Assembly: GCA_964587625.1 (NCBI GenBank)
Contig: CAZPLU010000003.1
Location: 23,727 to 87,726 of the forward strand
Direction: 5' to 3'
Source: an uncultured Eubacteriales bacterium
GTDB taxonomy: Bacteria; Bacillota; Clostridia; Oscillospirales; JAKOTC01
Length of the DNA stretch: 64,000 bases
Both the position numbers and the translations under genes were made by a program. Positions 46,970-56,098 of the stretch are shown piece after piece. Positions within the stretch are counted from its first letter, which is position 1; every line of letters begins with the position of its first letter. Under the pieces are notes generated by a model. The model searched no databases and was not told the origin of the DNA. It was given only the letters and a program-made list of their open reading frames with translations.

Positions 46970-47280
46970 ATGTATCACGATATCAAAAACCGCGAGACCT
47001 TTTGCGGATTCGAACCGATCGGCAAAGGCCTGTCGGGTGATGAAAAATTTGCCGTAGAAACCGCTGACGGCAGGAAGCTATTGCTCCGCATCTCGGATAT
47101 CTCGCAATACGAGCGCAGAAAGACCATGTTCGACATGATGGCGCGCGTCGCCGCGCTGGGCGTTCCGATGCCGAACCCCGTCGATTTCGGCACTTGCAAC
47201 GGAGCAGGAACGTTTATCAATTGTTGACCTGGTGCGAGGGCGAGGAATTGGAACCGATTCTGTTTTACCCCTGCAAATAA
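46970..47280 (+). pseudogene. Frameshifted, 3'-truncated remnant of an aminoglycoside/choline-kinase-type phosphotransferase gene
   Basis: The N-terminal 85 aa (…FEPIGKGLSGDEKFAVETADGRKLLLRISD…GVPMPNPVDFG…) stop at 47227. The family-typical continuation YQLLTWCEGEELEPIL is readable in another frame from 47215 and ends at 47280. The expected ~200 further codons are absent. Confidence 0.6.
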
Positions 47281-47302
47281 ATAAAAAAAGAAGCAAAACC
47301 AC

Positions 47303-47956
47303 ATGGAAAAAATGCATGAATTCTTCGCCGCCCGCGCCGACGGTTATGAGGAGCATATGCTCACCTACGTTGAGGGCAGCAAAGAGGCCTATTTTGAAAT
47401 GGCGCGGCTGCTGCCGAAATCCTGCCAAAATCTGCTCGACCTCGGCTGCGGCACCGGCCTGGAGCTGGACGAAATCTTCAAGCCGCTTCCCGATGTCCGC
47501 GTCACCGGAATCGACCTCACACGGGAAATGCTCGATAAATTGTTGCAAAAACACCCCGACAAGCGTTTAAATCTGATCTGCGGCAGCTATTTCGACGTTG
47601 ATCTCGGCAAGTCCGAATATGACTGCGCGGTCTCGTTTCAGACCCTGCACCATTTTTCGCATGAGGCCAAGATCGGACTGTATCGCAAAGTCAAAGAAGC
47701 GCTCAAACCCGGCGGCCGTTATATCGAATGCGATTATATGGTGGAAACGCAAGCGGAGGAAGACCTCTGTTATTCCGAAAACGCGCGTAAGCGCAAAGAA
47801 CAGGGTATCCCGGACGGCGAGTTTTACCACTACGACACGCCCTGCACGGTGCAGAACCAAATCGAAATGCTCAAAACCGCCGGATTCACGCATGTGGAAA
47901 TGGTATTTCGCATCGGCTGTACGACCATCTTGGTCGCCGATCATTCTGGTCGCTGA
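47303..47956 (+). CDS. Class I SAM-dependent methyltransferase
   Basis: LLDLGCGTGLELDEI motif I, ...LKPGGRYIECDYM... Confidence 0.8.
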   Translation: MEKMHEFFAARADGYEEHMLTYVEGSKEAYFEMARLLPKSCQNLLDLGCGTGLELDEIFKPLPDVRVTGIDLTREMLDKLLQKHPDKRLNLICGSYFDVDLGKSEYDCAVSFQTLHHFSHEAKIGLYRKVKEALKPGGRYIECDYMVETQAEEDLCYSENARKRKEQGIPDGEFYHYDTPCTVQNQIEMLKTAGFTHVEMVFRIGCTTILVADHSGR

Positions 47957-48251
47957 AAAGGAATCAATATTGTAAAATAAAAAGGGAAACAGCAAATCCA
48001 TATGGTGTAAAGTAATGATACGATACACCCAAGAAAGGAGTGAGAAGCATGATCAATCTGTCTTATGCCGCAATATGCGTCGGCGTTGTGAACGATGTGC
48101 TCCATGCAGGGTCTGTCAAGCGGACGGCGAGACCTGTATGGAGCGGAAACAGAGCGTAATATTGATCAATATTTCGCTTTAAAACTCGCCGTAGTGTTTG
48201 CCGGCCCTGCGTCCTTAAACCATAAAACGATTAAGGAAGCGGGTCACAACT

Positions 48252-48980
48252 ATGACAAACACAATCAAATTAAAAGCATATAAAAAGGAATTCGGCTATT
48301 CCTACACTTCCGGTGCGTACGCCACCGTCGAACTGCTCAAAACGCGCCCGGAACTCCTCGACTGCGTCTATGTCCATTCCGACTGGCGGGATGCCGACGG
48401 CATTACCGCGCTGTGTAAAGCCAAACAGGTTCCCTGTATCCGGTCGGACAGGGCGTTTTCGGGCGTCAACCAGAAAGAGAACAGCTACGTCCTCGGCGCA
48501 TTTTTTAAATACGAAAATCCGCTTTCGGACTGCGAGCCCCACGTCGTGCTGGTCAATCCGTCGGATATGGGCAATCTGGGCACGATCATCCGGACCATTG
48601 CCGGCATGAACGTCAAAAACCTCGCTGTAATCGAGCCCGCCGCCGATATTTGGAATCCCAAGACGGTTCGGGCTTCGATGGGCGCGCTGTTCCATATCCG
48701 CCACGCGCTGTTTCAGAGCTTCGGCGAATACACCCGCGCCTATCCCAAACACACCCTGTTTCCGTTCATGCTGGACGGCGAATATGCCCCCGAGGACGCG
48801 CCGTCCTGCGGCCTGTTCTCGCTGGTATTCGGCAATGAAGCGACAGGACTCGATGTGCGATTTCGCGAACTCGGCCACAGCGTCAAAATCCCGCTGACCG
48901 ACCGGATTGACTCGTTCAATTTGGCCTCGGCGGTCAGCATCGGAACCTATGTCTTCGCGCGCAAGAACGGATTGATTTAA
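48252..48980 (+). CDS. TrmH/SpoU-family RNA 2'-O-methyltransferase
   Basis: VLVNPSDMGNLGTIIRTIAG...LVFGNEATGL...IPLTDRIDSFNLASAVSIGTYVF (SPOUT knot motifs). Confidence 0.8.
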   Translation: MTNTIKLKAYKKEFGYSYTSGAYATVELLKTRPELLDCVYVHSDWRDADGITALCKAKQVPCIRSDRAFSGVNQKENSYVLGAFFKYENPLSDCEPHVVLVNPSDMGNLGTIIRTIAGMNVKNLAVIEPAADIWNPKTVRASMGALFHIRHALFQSFGEYTRAYPKHTLFPFMLDGEYAPEDAPSCGLFSLVFGNEATGLDVRFRELGHSVKIPLTDRIDSFNLASAVSIGTYVFARKNGLI

Positions 48981-48986
48981 AAAAAT

Positions 48987-49054
48987 TGTCATCCTGAGCG
49001 AAGCTCGATGCGCGATCGAATATAATCGCATATCGGGCGTAGTCGAAGGATCTC
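48987..49054 (+). repeat. Intergenic repeat-like element (TGTCATCCTGAGCGAAG ... CGAAGGATCTC)
   Basis: The two motif halves lie at 48987-49003 and 49044-49054, separated by a 40-nt insert containing GCGAT-cgaatata-ATCGC. From memory these motifs are typical of a widespread short intergenic repeat; this was not verified. Confidence 0.45.
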
Positions 49055-49148
49055 GTTACACAGAGGTTTCCGGATTCCGTCTCCGGCTTCACGTAAAATC
49101 ACAAAAAACAAGACCCGAACGAGCGTTCGGGTCTTGTTTTGCTATTTT

Positions 49149-50153
49149 TTAAATTTCCGCGATCACTTTTTCTTTCACCGCTTTATTTTCATACAGCCAT
49201 TTCGCCGAATCGGCCAGCGTCTCGGCGGCGCTGCGCGGGGAATAGCCGAGCTCGGCCCCGGCCCTGGAGATGTCGTAATTGCAATTGGAATTCAGGGTTT
49301 TGAGCGCGAACCGCGAAAACACCGGCTTTTTCCCGCGCACCTTGTAATAGAGCACGCCGAGCCCGGAAAAGGCGTTCACAAACCAAATAGGCAGCTTCAT
49401 CGGGACTTCCCGCCCGCAGATGGGCGATAAAATTTCAAAAAGCCGCGTGACCGTGACGACCTCGCCGCCGAGGATATAGCTGCCGGATTCGGGCTTTTCC
49501 GCGATTTGGATCACCGCCCGAGCCACATCGCGCACGTCGACAAAGTTATAACACCCCTCGACCCGCGCCAGCGGCTTGTTCGTGATAAAATCCAAAATCA
49601 CCTGTCCGACGTTCGAGATTTTATAGTCATACGGCCCGATCACCGCGGTCGGGTAGGCGACCGAGGCGTTTAAAACGCCTTCTCCCGCCAATCTAAATAT
49701 GTATTCGGTCGCCATCGCCTTGGATTTACCGTAGATACCTTCGAGTTTTTCGGGGAAAAACGCATTCGGCTCGGTAATCGGAGAACAGGCGTCGGGTTTA
49801 TAGATCGCGTCGACGCTGCTGATATAGACGAACTTTTTCACCCGATTTCGTGCGCAGACGTCGGCGAGGATTTTCGTTCCGCCGTAATTGACCCGCATGA
49901 CTTCGTCGGCGTCCTCGTCGGTAATCGCGATCATGCCCGCGCAGTGGATCACGATGTCGTCCTCCGTCAGCAGCCCATTTAAAAAAACGGGATCGTAAAA
50001 GCTGCCGACCGCATAATCCGCGCCGAAACCGGAGATTGCCTCGTCGTCGGCGCGGCGCACGATTAAAACGACGTCCCTGTTCTCGCCGCAGAGCATCCTC
50101 GCAATGGTATTCCCGATGTGTCCGGTCGCGCCGGTGACGACGAATCTGCTCAT
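49149..50153 (-). CDS. NAD(P)-dependent epimerase/dehydratase (extended SDR)
   Basis: MSRFVVTGATGHIGNTIARML (Rossmann GxxGxxG), ...YGKSKAMA... (YxxxK). Confidence 0.8.
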   Translation of the reverse strand: MSRFVVTGATGHIGNTIARMLCGENRDVVLIVRRADDEAISGFGADYAVGSFYDPVFLNGLLTEDDIVIHCAGMIAITDEDADEVMRVNYGGTKILADVCARNRVKKFVYISSVDAIYKPDACSPITEPNAFFPEKLEGIYGKSKAMATEYIFRLAGEGVLNASVAYPTAVIGPYDYKISNVGQVILDFITNKPLARVEGCYNFVDVRDVARAVIQIAEKPESGSYILGGEVVTVTRLFEILSPICGREVPMKLPIWFVNAFSGLGVLYYKVRGKKPVFSRFALKTLNSNCNYDISRAGAELGYSPRSAAETLADSAKWLYENKAVKEKVIAEI

Positions 50154-52534
50154 TTGAGTTCGACGACGGTCACGCCGTCCTCCCCCTCTCCGTATTTTCC
50201 GAGCCGGAAGCCGTTGACGTTCGGATGGTCTTTTAAAAGCGCGTGCACCGCCCGCCGCAGCGTCCCGGTGCCTTTGCCGTGGATGATCGTGACGGTAGAG
50301 AGGCGGTTGATCACCGCGTCGTCGAGAAACTGTTCAACCGCCGGAACGGCTTCCACCAATTCCATATGGCGGATCATCAAGCTTGTGTTTATTTCCCGGT
50401 CGGCTCTGGAAATGCCCGAAAAGCTGACGTGCCCGTCGTCTTTCCGCTTTTGCTTTTTGTCGGCAAGCCGGATGCGGTTTTTCGCCACCCGGACCTTGCC
50501 CACGCCGATGTCGACCGTGACCTTGCCTTTTCCCTCGGCGATTTCAACCACGGTTCCGTCCTTGTCAAAGTCGGGCAGCCAGACGGTGTCGCCGACGGCG
50601 AGCGGGCGGGGCAGGGTGTAATTCTCGTCATAACGCGGCTTTTGCACCGGGTCGGCGGTCTGCTCCAGCTTTTTGATCCGGCTTGCGATCTCGTCCTTTG
50701 CGCGGCGCGCCAATTCGTCGGGCTTGCTTTTGTCCTCCTTGCGGATGGCGTCGATCTCCTTGATCAGTCGGTCGTATTCAAAGCGCAGCGACTGGATGAT
50801 GCGCAGCTGCTCCGCGCGCTGGCGCTCGAGTTCTTTGTCAAAATCGGCCCGCGCATTTTTGAGCGCGCGTTCGTGGTTTTGTTTTTCGAGTTCGGCCTCG
50901 CGGCGGAGACGGGCCGTCTCCTCGCCGTCGGTTTCGAGTTTTCGGCGTTCGGCCTCGAGCCGGCGCATGACCTTGTCAAGTTCGAGCGTCTTTTTGTCCA
51001 TGACCTCTTTGGCGCGTTCGATGATCGAATCGTTCACGCCCAGACGAGTCGAAATGGCGAATGCGTTGGAACTGCCCGGCACGCCGATCAGCAGCTTATA
51101 GGTCGGCTTCAGGGTCGCCACGTCGAATTCGCAGCATCCGTTGGTGACGCCCGTATTGGTGATGGCATACTGTTTCAATTCGGCGTAGTGCGTGGTGGCG
51201 ATGACCTTCGCGCCTTTTTTGCGCAAATCCTCCAAAATCGAAACCGCGAGCGCCGCGCCCTCCGCGGGGTCGGTGCCCGCGCCGAGTTCGTCGAGCAGCA
51301 CTAAGCTCTCGCGGGTCGCCTGTTCGAGTATGGTAACAATATTCGTCGTGTGCGCGGAAAATGTGGAGAGCGACTGCTCGATGCTCTGCTCGTCGCCGAT
51401 GTCGGCCAAAATCTTGTCGAAACGGCTGATTTTGCTGTGTTCGGCCGCGGGTATCATCATCCCGCAATCGGCCATCATGCAAAAAAGTCCGACGGTTTTC
51501 AGCACGACCGTCTTGCCGCCGGTATTCGGGCCGGTGATGACCAGCGTGTCGAAATCGCCGCCGAGCCGCACGTCGACGGGGACGACGATTTTTTTGTCGA
51601 TCAGCGGATGGCGCGCCTTTTTGATGTCAATCACGCCGTCGTCGCCGTAGTCGGGCGGATAGCCGTCCATGGCGACACCGAGTTCGGATTTGGCGAAGAT
51701 CACTTCCAGTTGAACGGCGGCCTCGCAGCTCTGGATCAGGTCGTCGGCGCAGTCGCCGCAAAGACCGGAGAGCTCCGCCAAAATCCGCTCGATTTCAATC
51801 TGTTCTTTACTTTCCAAAATGCGGACTTCGTTATTGGCCTCGACGACCGACGCGGGTTCTACGAATAAAGTCGCGCCGCTGGCCGATACGCCGTGCACGA
51901 GCCCCGGAACGTTGGCGCGGCACTCGGCCTTGACCGGCACGACAAACCGGCCGTCGCGCATCATAATGACTTGTTCCTGTAAGTATTTTGAATTGCCCGC
52001 AGAAGTGATTATGCCGTTCAAACGAGCGCGGACATTGTCCTGCGCGGCGCGCATCTTGCGGCGGATATTGGCCAGTTCCGGGCTTGCGCCGTCGGCAAGG
52101 GTCTCCTCATTGGCGATCGAATTTTCGATCCGATCCTCGATGTCCTTATGACTTGTCAATGCGGAAAACAACCGGTCCAAAATGGTCTCCGCGTCGCCGC
52201 AGTTTTTCCGGTAGGCGATCAGCGTGCGTACCACGCGCATCGAGGCCGAAATCGATAATAATTCCCTGATTGAGAGCGAACCGCCCACCGCGGCGCGCCG
52301 CAGCAAATCGGCCCGCAGCGAGAGCCCGTAAAAAGAAGGCGTTCCGAGCTTTAAAGACATTTCATAGGCGTCGCCGGTCTGTTGAATCATCCGTTTTCCG
52401 GTTTCGTAATCACCGCAGGGCAGCAGGGAAAGCGCCGCTTCTTTCGCCTCGGCGCTGGAGCACTTTCCGGCGAGCAGGCCGGCGATCTTGTCGAATTCAA
52501 GAATCCGGCTCTGTTTTTGTATGTCGTATGTCAT
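50150..52534 (-). CDS. mutS2: Endonuclease MutS2
   Basis: MTYDIQKQSRILEFDKI..., ITGPNTGGKTV Walker A, a coiled-coil middle region, and a C-terminal Smr domain (IIHGKGTGTLRRAVHALL). ATG 52534 is chosen; the track ORF extends upstream into recO. Confidence 0.9.
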   Translation of the reverse strand: MTYDIQKQSRILEFDKIAGLLAGKCSSAEAKEAALSLLPCGDYETGKRMIQQTGDAYEMSLKLGTPSFYGLSLRADLLRRAAVGGSLSIRELLSISASMRVVRTLIAYRKNCGDAETILDRLFSALTSHKDIEDRIENSIANEETLADGASPELANIRRKMRAAQDNVRARLNGIITSAGNSKYLQEQVIMMRDGRFVVPVKAECRANVPGLVHGVSASGATLFVEPASVVEANNEVRILESKEQIEIERILAELSGLCGDCADDLIQSCEAAVQLEVIFAKSELGVAMDGYPPDYGDDGVIDIKKARHPLIDKKIVVPVDVRLGGDFDTLVITGPNTGGKTVVLKTVGLFCMMADCGMMIPAAEHSKISRFDKILADIGDEQSIEQSLSTFSAHTTNIVTILEQATRESLVLLDELGAGTDPAEGAALAVSILEDLRKKGAKVIATTHYAELKQYAITNTGVTNGCCEFDVATLKPTYKLLIGVPGSSNAFAISTRLGVNDSIIERAKEVMDKKTLELDKVMRRLEAERRKLETDGEETARLRREAELEKQNHERALKNARADFDKELERQRAEQLRIIQSLRFEYDRLIKEIDAIRKEDKSKPDELARRAKDEIASRIKKLEQTADPVQKPRYDENYTLPRPLAVGDTVWLPDFDKDGTVVEIAEGKGKVTVDIGVGKVRVAKNRIRLADKKQKRKDDGHVSFSGISRADREINTSLMIRHMELVEAVPAVEQFLDDAVINRLSTVTIIHGKGTGTLRRAVHALLKDHPNVNGFRLGKYGEGEDGVTVVELK

Positions 52535-53282
52535 CGATACTCTCCTCGAATTCCATAAGAGAATTGTAGTAATCGAGCGCGGGGAGCTTCGCGTCGATGT
52601 AATATCGGATATAATATTCCGCGAGCCGGGAAAAGCCCTCGGCGGCCTCGCCCGCGAGCGTGAATGAAAACAGCCCCTTGGCGTCACCGCCGATCGAGGC
52701 GAGAACCGCCTTTAAAATCGGAGGGCTGACCGCGGCCGCTCCCGCGTGGGCGGTCGCGCAGTTTTCGCAGTACCCGCCGCCGTCCGCGACCGAAAACGCC
52801 CTGATCGTGCAGCCGCCGCAACAGGCGCAGCACTCGATCTGCGGCTTCCATCCGGCCAACGCCGCGATCCGAAGTTCCATCACGGCTTTGAGCAGCCGGA
52901 CATCTCGCTTTTTGCCCGCGAGCAGAAACAGCATATTTCCGAACAACGCATATAAAGACGGGTCAACTTCTCCCGAAAAAACAGTCAGGATCAACTGCGC
53001 GATGTACCCTGCCAGACAGTAACTCTTTAACGACATCCGAAGTTCAAAAAACTGCTCCGTGATCTCGGCGTCGTCGAGCGTATATCCGCCGGAGGCGGAA
53101 AACAGCTCCATATTCGATAACACGAACGGCTCGGTCGCGGCGCAGAGTTTGTTGCGCGGATTTCGGGCGCCGGCGGCGTAGACGCGCAGCAATTGACCGT
53201 CCTCACAAAGAATCCGAACCAAACGGTCGGACTCCCTGCGGTTTTCGGTGGTCAGAACGATTGCGCCTACGGTCCGTTTCAT
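52497..53282 (-). CDS. recO: DNA repair protein RecO
   Basis: GAIVLTTENRRESDRLVRILCEDGQLLRVYAAGAR... and a zinc-finger CCACCG...CENC. Confidence 0.85.
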   Translation of the reverse strand: MKRTVGAIVLTTENRRESDRLVRILCEDGQLLRVYAAGARNPRNKLCAATEPFVLSNMELFSASGGYTLDDAEITEQFFELRMSLKSYCLAGYIAQLILTVFSGEVDPSLYALFGNMLFLLAGKKRDVRLLKAVMELRIAALAGWKPQIECCACCGGCTIRAFSVADGGGYCENCATAHAGAAAVSPPILKAVLASIGGDAKGLFSFTLAGEAAEGFSRLAEYYIRYYIDAKLPALDYYNSLMEFEESIDDIRHTKTEPDS

Positions 53283-53288
53283 GTTGTT

Positions 53289-54197
53289 TTATCCTTCGAA
53301 GTTCAAGCCGAAATTCCGAATCAGCGCCTCATTCTCCCGCCAGTCGGACTTGACTTTTACCCACAGCTCCAGCGTGACGGGTACGCCGAAGAACGCCTTC
53401 AGCGTATTTTGCGCTGCCTTTCGAATCTGTTTAAGCATCTGTCCGCCCTTGCCGATCAGCATGCCCTTGTGGCTGTCGCGCTCGCAGTAGATGTTGGCGT
53501 CCGCGTCGATGCCCTCTGGGGTCTCCTCGAAGCGCTCGACGACCACGGCGACGCCGTGCGGGACCTCCTGCTGCATGTGATTCAAAATCTGCTCCCGGAT
53601 GTATTCGGCGCAGATTACCCGCTCGGGCTGGTCGGTCAGTTCGTCGGAGTCGTACATAAACGGTCCCGGTTTCGCCAACCTAAAAACAGCCGTCAAAATA
53701 TCTCTCACCCCGTCGCCGGAAACCGCGCACACGGGGAGAATCTCCTTGAACGGATAGAGCTTCGAAAAAACGTCCATCTGCGGGATCATCAGCTCTTTTT
53801 GTTTCAAAAGGTCGATCTTGTTGAGGACTAAAATCGCGGGTGGCTTTTGCCTGTTCAGATTTTCGATCACGGACAACTCGGCGGGCTTGGGTTTTTTCCC
53901 GGCCTCGACCACCAATATCACGATGTCGCTGCCCGAGGCGGCGCTTTGAATGCTTCTGACCATGTTGCGAGAGAGCGCGTCCTTGGGCAGCAGCAGCCCC
54001 GGCGTGTCGGTAAAGGCGATCTGCGTGTCGTTTTCGGTATGAATACCCAAAATCGCCGTGCGGGTCGTCTGGGGTTTGGGCGTGACGATGGCGACCTTTT
54101 GACCGAGGATATTATTTAAAAGCGATGACTTGCCCACATTCGGCGCTCCCGTAATGCAGACAAAAGCGAATTTGGTACAAGGTCTGTGTTCGTCCAT
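53289..54197 (-). CDS. era: GTPase Era
   Basis: FVCITGAPNVGKSSLLN, DTPG, NKID and a C-terminal KH domain. AAAGGA RBS precedes ATG 54197. Confidence 0.9.
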   Translation of the reverse strand: MDEHRPCTKFAFVCITGAPNVGKSSLLNNILGQKVAIVTPKPQTTRTAILGIHTENDTQIAFTDTPGLLLPKDALSRNMVRSIQSAASGSDIVILVVEAGKKPKPAELSVIENLNRQKPPAILVLNKIDLLKQKELMIPQMDVFSKLYPFKEILPVCAVSGDGVRDILTAVFRLAKPGPFMYDSDELTDQPERVICAEYIREQILNHMQQEVPHGVAVVVERFEETPEGIDADANIYCERDSHKGMLIGKGGQMLKQIRKAAQNTLKAFFGVPVTLELWVKVKSDWRENEALIRNFGLNFEG

Positions 54198-54238
54198 GTT
54201 GTGATGTCCTTTCACACCGGCAAAACAGCGTGTCGGTC

Positions 54239-54718
54239 TCAGCGTTTTAATCCCAGCCGCACGAGAACGGCCTCTTCTTTATCACGCATAATGCGTTTGT
54301 CGGTCTCGGTCCCGTGGTCATACCCGAACAGGTGGAGCATTGCGTGCACGGTCAGATAGGCGAACTCGCGGCGGACGCTGTGACCGTATTCGTACGCCTG
54401 GGCAAAAGCGTGGTCGGCGGAAATCAAAATATCCCCGAGCATTTTACGCGACGTCTCGGGGTTGGTGTCGAAGGTTGTGCCGTCGGACATGGGGAAGGAG
54501 AGCACATCGGTCGAATTGTCGATATTGCGATATTTGAGATTGATCTCCTTGATAGACGGATCGTCGTGGAAGATGATATTCACCTCAAACAGGGAATCGG
54601 CGTACTCGGCGGCGGTGATGGAACAGCAGCAGTCACGCAGCAGTGCGCGCAGAGATGCATCCGCCCGAAAAGACGGATGGCTGTTGTAAAAAGTGGCGAC
54701 GGTGTTCTTCTTCATCAT
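54239..54718 (-). CDS. ybeY: rRNA maturation endoribonuclease YbeY
   Basis: STDVLSFPM... and HAMLHLFGYDH zinc motif. Confidence 0.9.
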   Translation of the reverse strand: MMKKNTVATFYNSHPSFRADASLRALLRDCCCSITAAEYADSLFEVNIIFHDDPSIKEINLKYRNIDNSTDVLSFPMSDGTTFDTNPETSRKMLGDILISADHAFAQAYEYGHSVRREFAYLTVHAMLHLFGYDHGTETDKRIMRDKEEAVLVRLGLKR

Positions 54719-55653
54719 GACTGCCTTTCTTCGCTTTGATAGGCCTTGATGATCTCCTTGACGATCCGATGGCGGACAACATCGGTCTCATCGAATCGCG
54801 CGGAGGCGATGCCTTCGATGTTGCGCAGCAGTTTGATCGCCTGTAAAAGACCGCTGCTCTTCCGGTTGGGGAGGTCGATCTGGGTGATGTCGCCCGTGAT
54901 AACGGCCTTGGAGTTGAAGCCGAGACGGGTCAGAAACATCTTCATCTGCTCGCGGGTGGAATTTTGCGCCTCGTCGAGGATGATGAACGAGTCATCGAGT
55001 GTCCGGCCGCGCATATAGGCCAGCGGAGCGATCTCAATGTTGCCGCGTTCAATATACTTGGCGCACGATTCCATGCCGAGCATTTCGTAAAGCGCATCGT
55101 AGAGCGGCCGCAGATACGGGTCGATTTTTTGTTGGAGATCGCCGGGCAAAAACCCGAGTTTTTCGCCTGCTTCGACCGCCGGGCGGGTCAATATGATGCG
55201 TGAGACCTCATTTTTGGCGAGTGCCGCGACTGCCATTGCCACGGCAAGATAGGTCTTACCGGTGCCGGCGGGTCCGACGCCGAGCACGATGGTGTTGTTT
55301 TTGATCTGTTCGATATATTTTTTTTGACCGGCGGTTTTCGGGCGCACCGGTTTTCCGCGCGGCGTGATGATGATGGTCTTGTCGTCGGTCAGTTCCGCCA
55401 GCTGTCCGGCTTTTCCCGCCGCCGTAGCGCTGATGCAATAATCGATCGCCTGGTCGGTGACGGCTTGTCCCTTGGCAATCATCTTCGAAAGCGCGGAAAA
55501 GACATTGAACGCGTTGTCGACGGCCTTCGGTTCGCCCGAGATTTTCAGCTCGCCGCCGCGGTTGATTATCATAACGCCGAAACCCGACTGCACGGCTTGT
55601 AAATTGCGATCCATTTCACCGCAGAGCGTAGAGACGCCCTCGTAATGATCCAT
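54715..55653 (-). CDS. phoH: PhoH-family ATPase
   Basis: GPAGTGKTYLAVAMAV..., RPAVEAGEKLGFLPGDL, FIILDEAQN. Confidence 0.9.
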   Translation of the reverse strand: MDHYEGVSTLCGEMDRNLQAVQSGFGVMIINRGGELKISGEPKAVDNAFNVFSALSKMIAKGQAVTDQAIDYCISATAAGKAGQLAELTDDKTIIITPRGKPVRPKTAGQKKYIEQIKNNTIVLGVGPAGTGKTYLAVAMAVAALAKNEVSRIILTRPAVEAGEKLGFLPGDLQQKIDPYLRPLYDALYEMLGMESCAKYIERGNIEIAPLAYMRGRTLDDSFIILDEAQNSTREQMKMFLTRLGFNSKAVITGDITQIDLPNRKSSGLLQAIKLLRNIEGIASARFDETDVVRHRIVKEIIKAYQSEERQS

Positions 55654-55828
55654 TGTAAAGACACGTTCGATTCAAATCCCTCCCCAGGCAATTTCTTGCG
55701 AAAAGCAAACGCATTTCAACAAGGATTATTATATCATATTTCCCGGTTTCATACAATGCCGCGCGGCATTTTAATCTCAATGAAGCATGAAATCGGTTTT
55801 TATCAAATAAAATGAACGGGGTGATCGC

Positions 55829-56098
55829 ATGATGAAATCGGGTGACAAGAGGGACTCGTTGACCGCTGCATTGAGCAAGGACAGCACCCAAATCAGTATC
55901 AGCGGCGGAACCGTTGCGCTGGTCGAGGGCTGTCTGGGGATTTTGGAATACAGCAGTGAAACCATACGGCTTGCCACCGGAAAGAGTTCTGTTCGTTTTT
56001 CCGGAGAAGCGCTCACCATCAGCAGCATGAACAAAAACGCGGTGGTGATCTGCGGAAAAATTGCGGGAATTGCGTTTTGCGGGGCGAAAAAATGTTAA
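55829..56098 (+). CDS. yqfC: Sporulation protein YqfC (YabP family)
   Basis: ...ISISGGTVALVEGCLGILEYSSETIRLATGKSSVRFSGEALTISSM... A CATACAAT box at 55750-55757 resembles a sigma-E -10 element (low confidence). Confidence 0.75.
   Translation: MMKSGDKRDSLTAALSKDSTQISISGGTVALVEGCLGILEYSSETIRLATGKSSVRFSGEALTISSMNKNAVVICGKIAGIAFCGAKKC

Noticed and set aside
48095-48283. 62-aa ORF overlapping the start of the TrmH-family gene.
   Set aside because: It has no RBS, overlaps the better-supported downstream gene start, and has an unremarkable composition.
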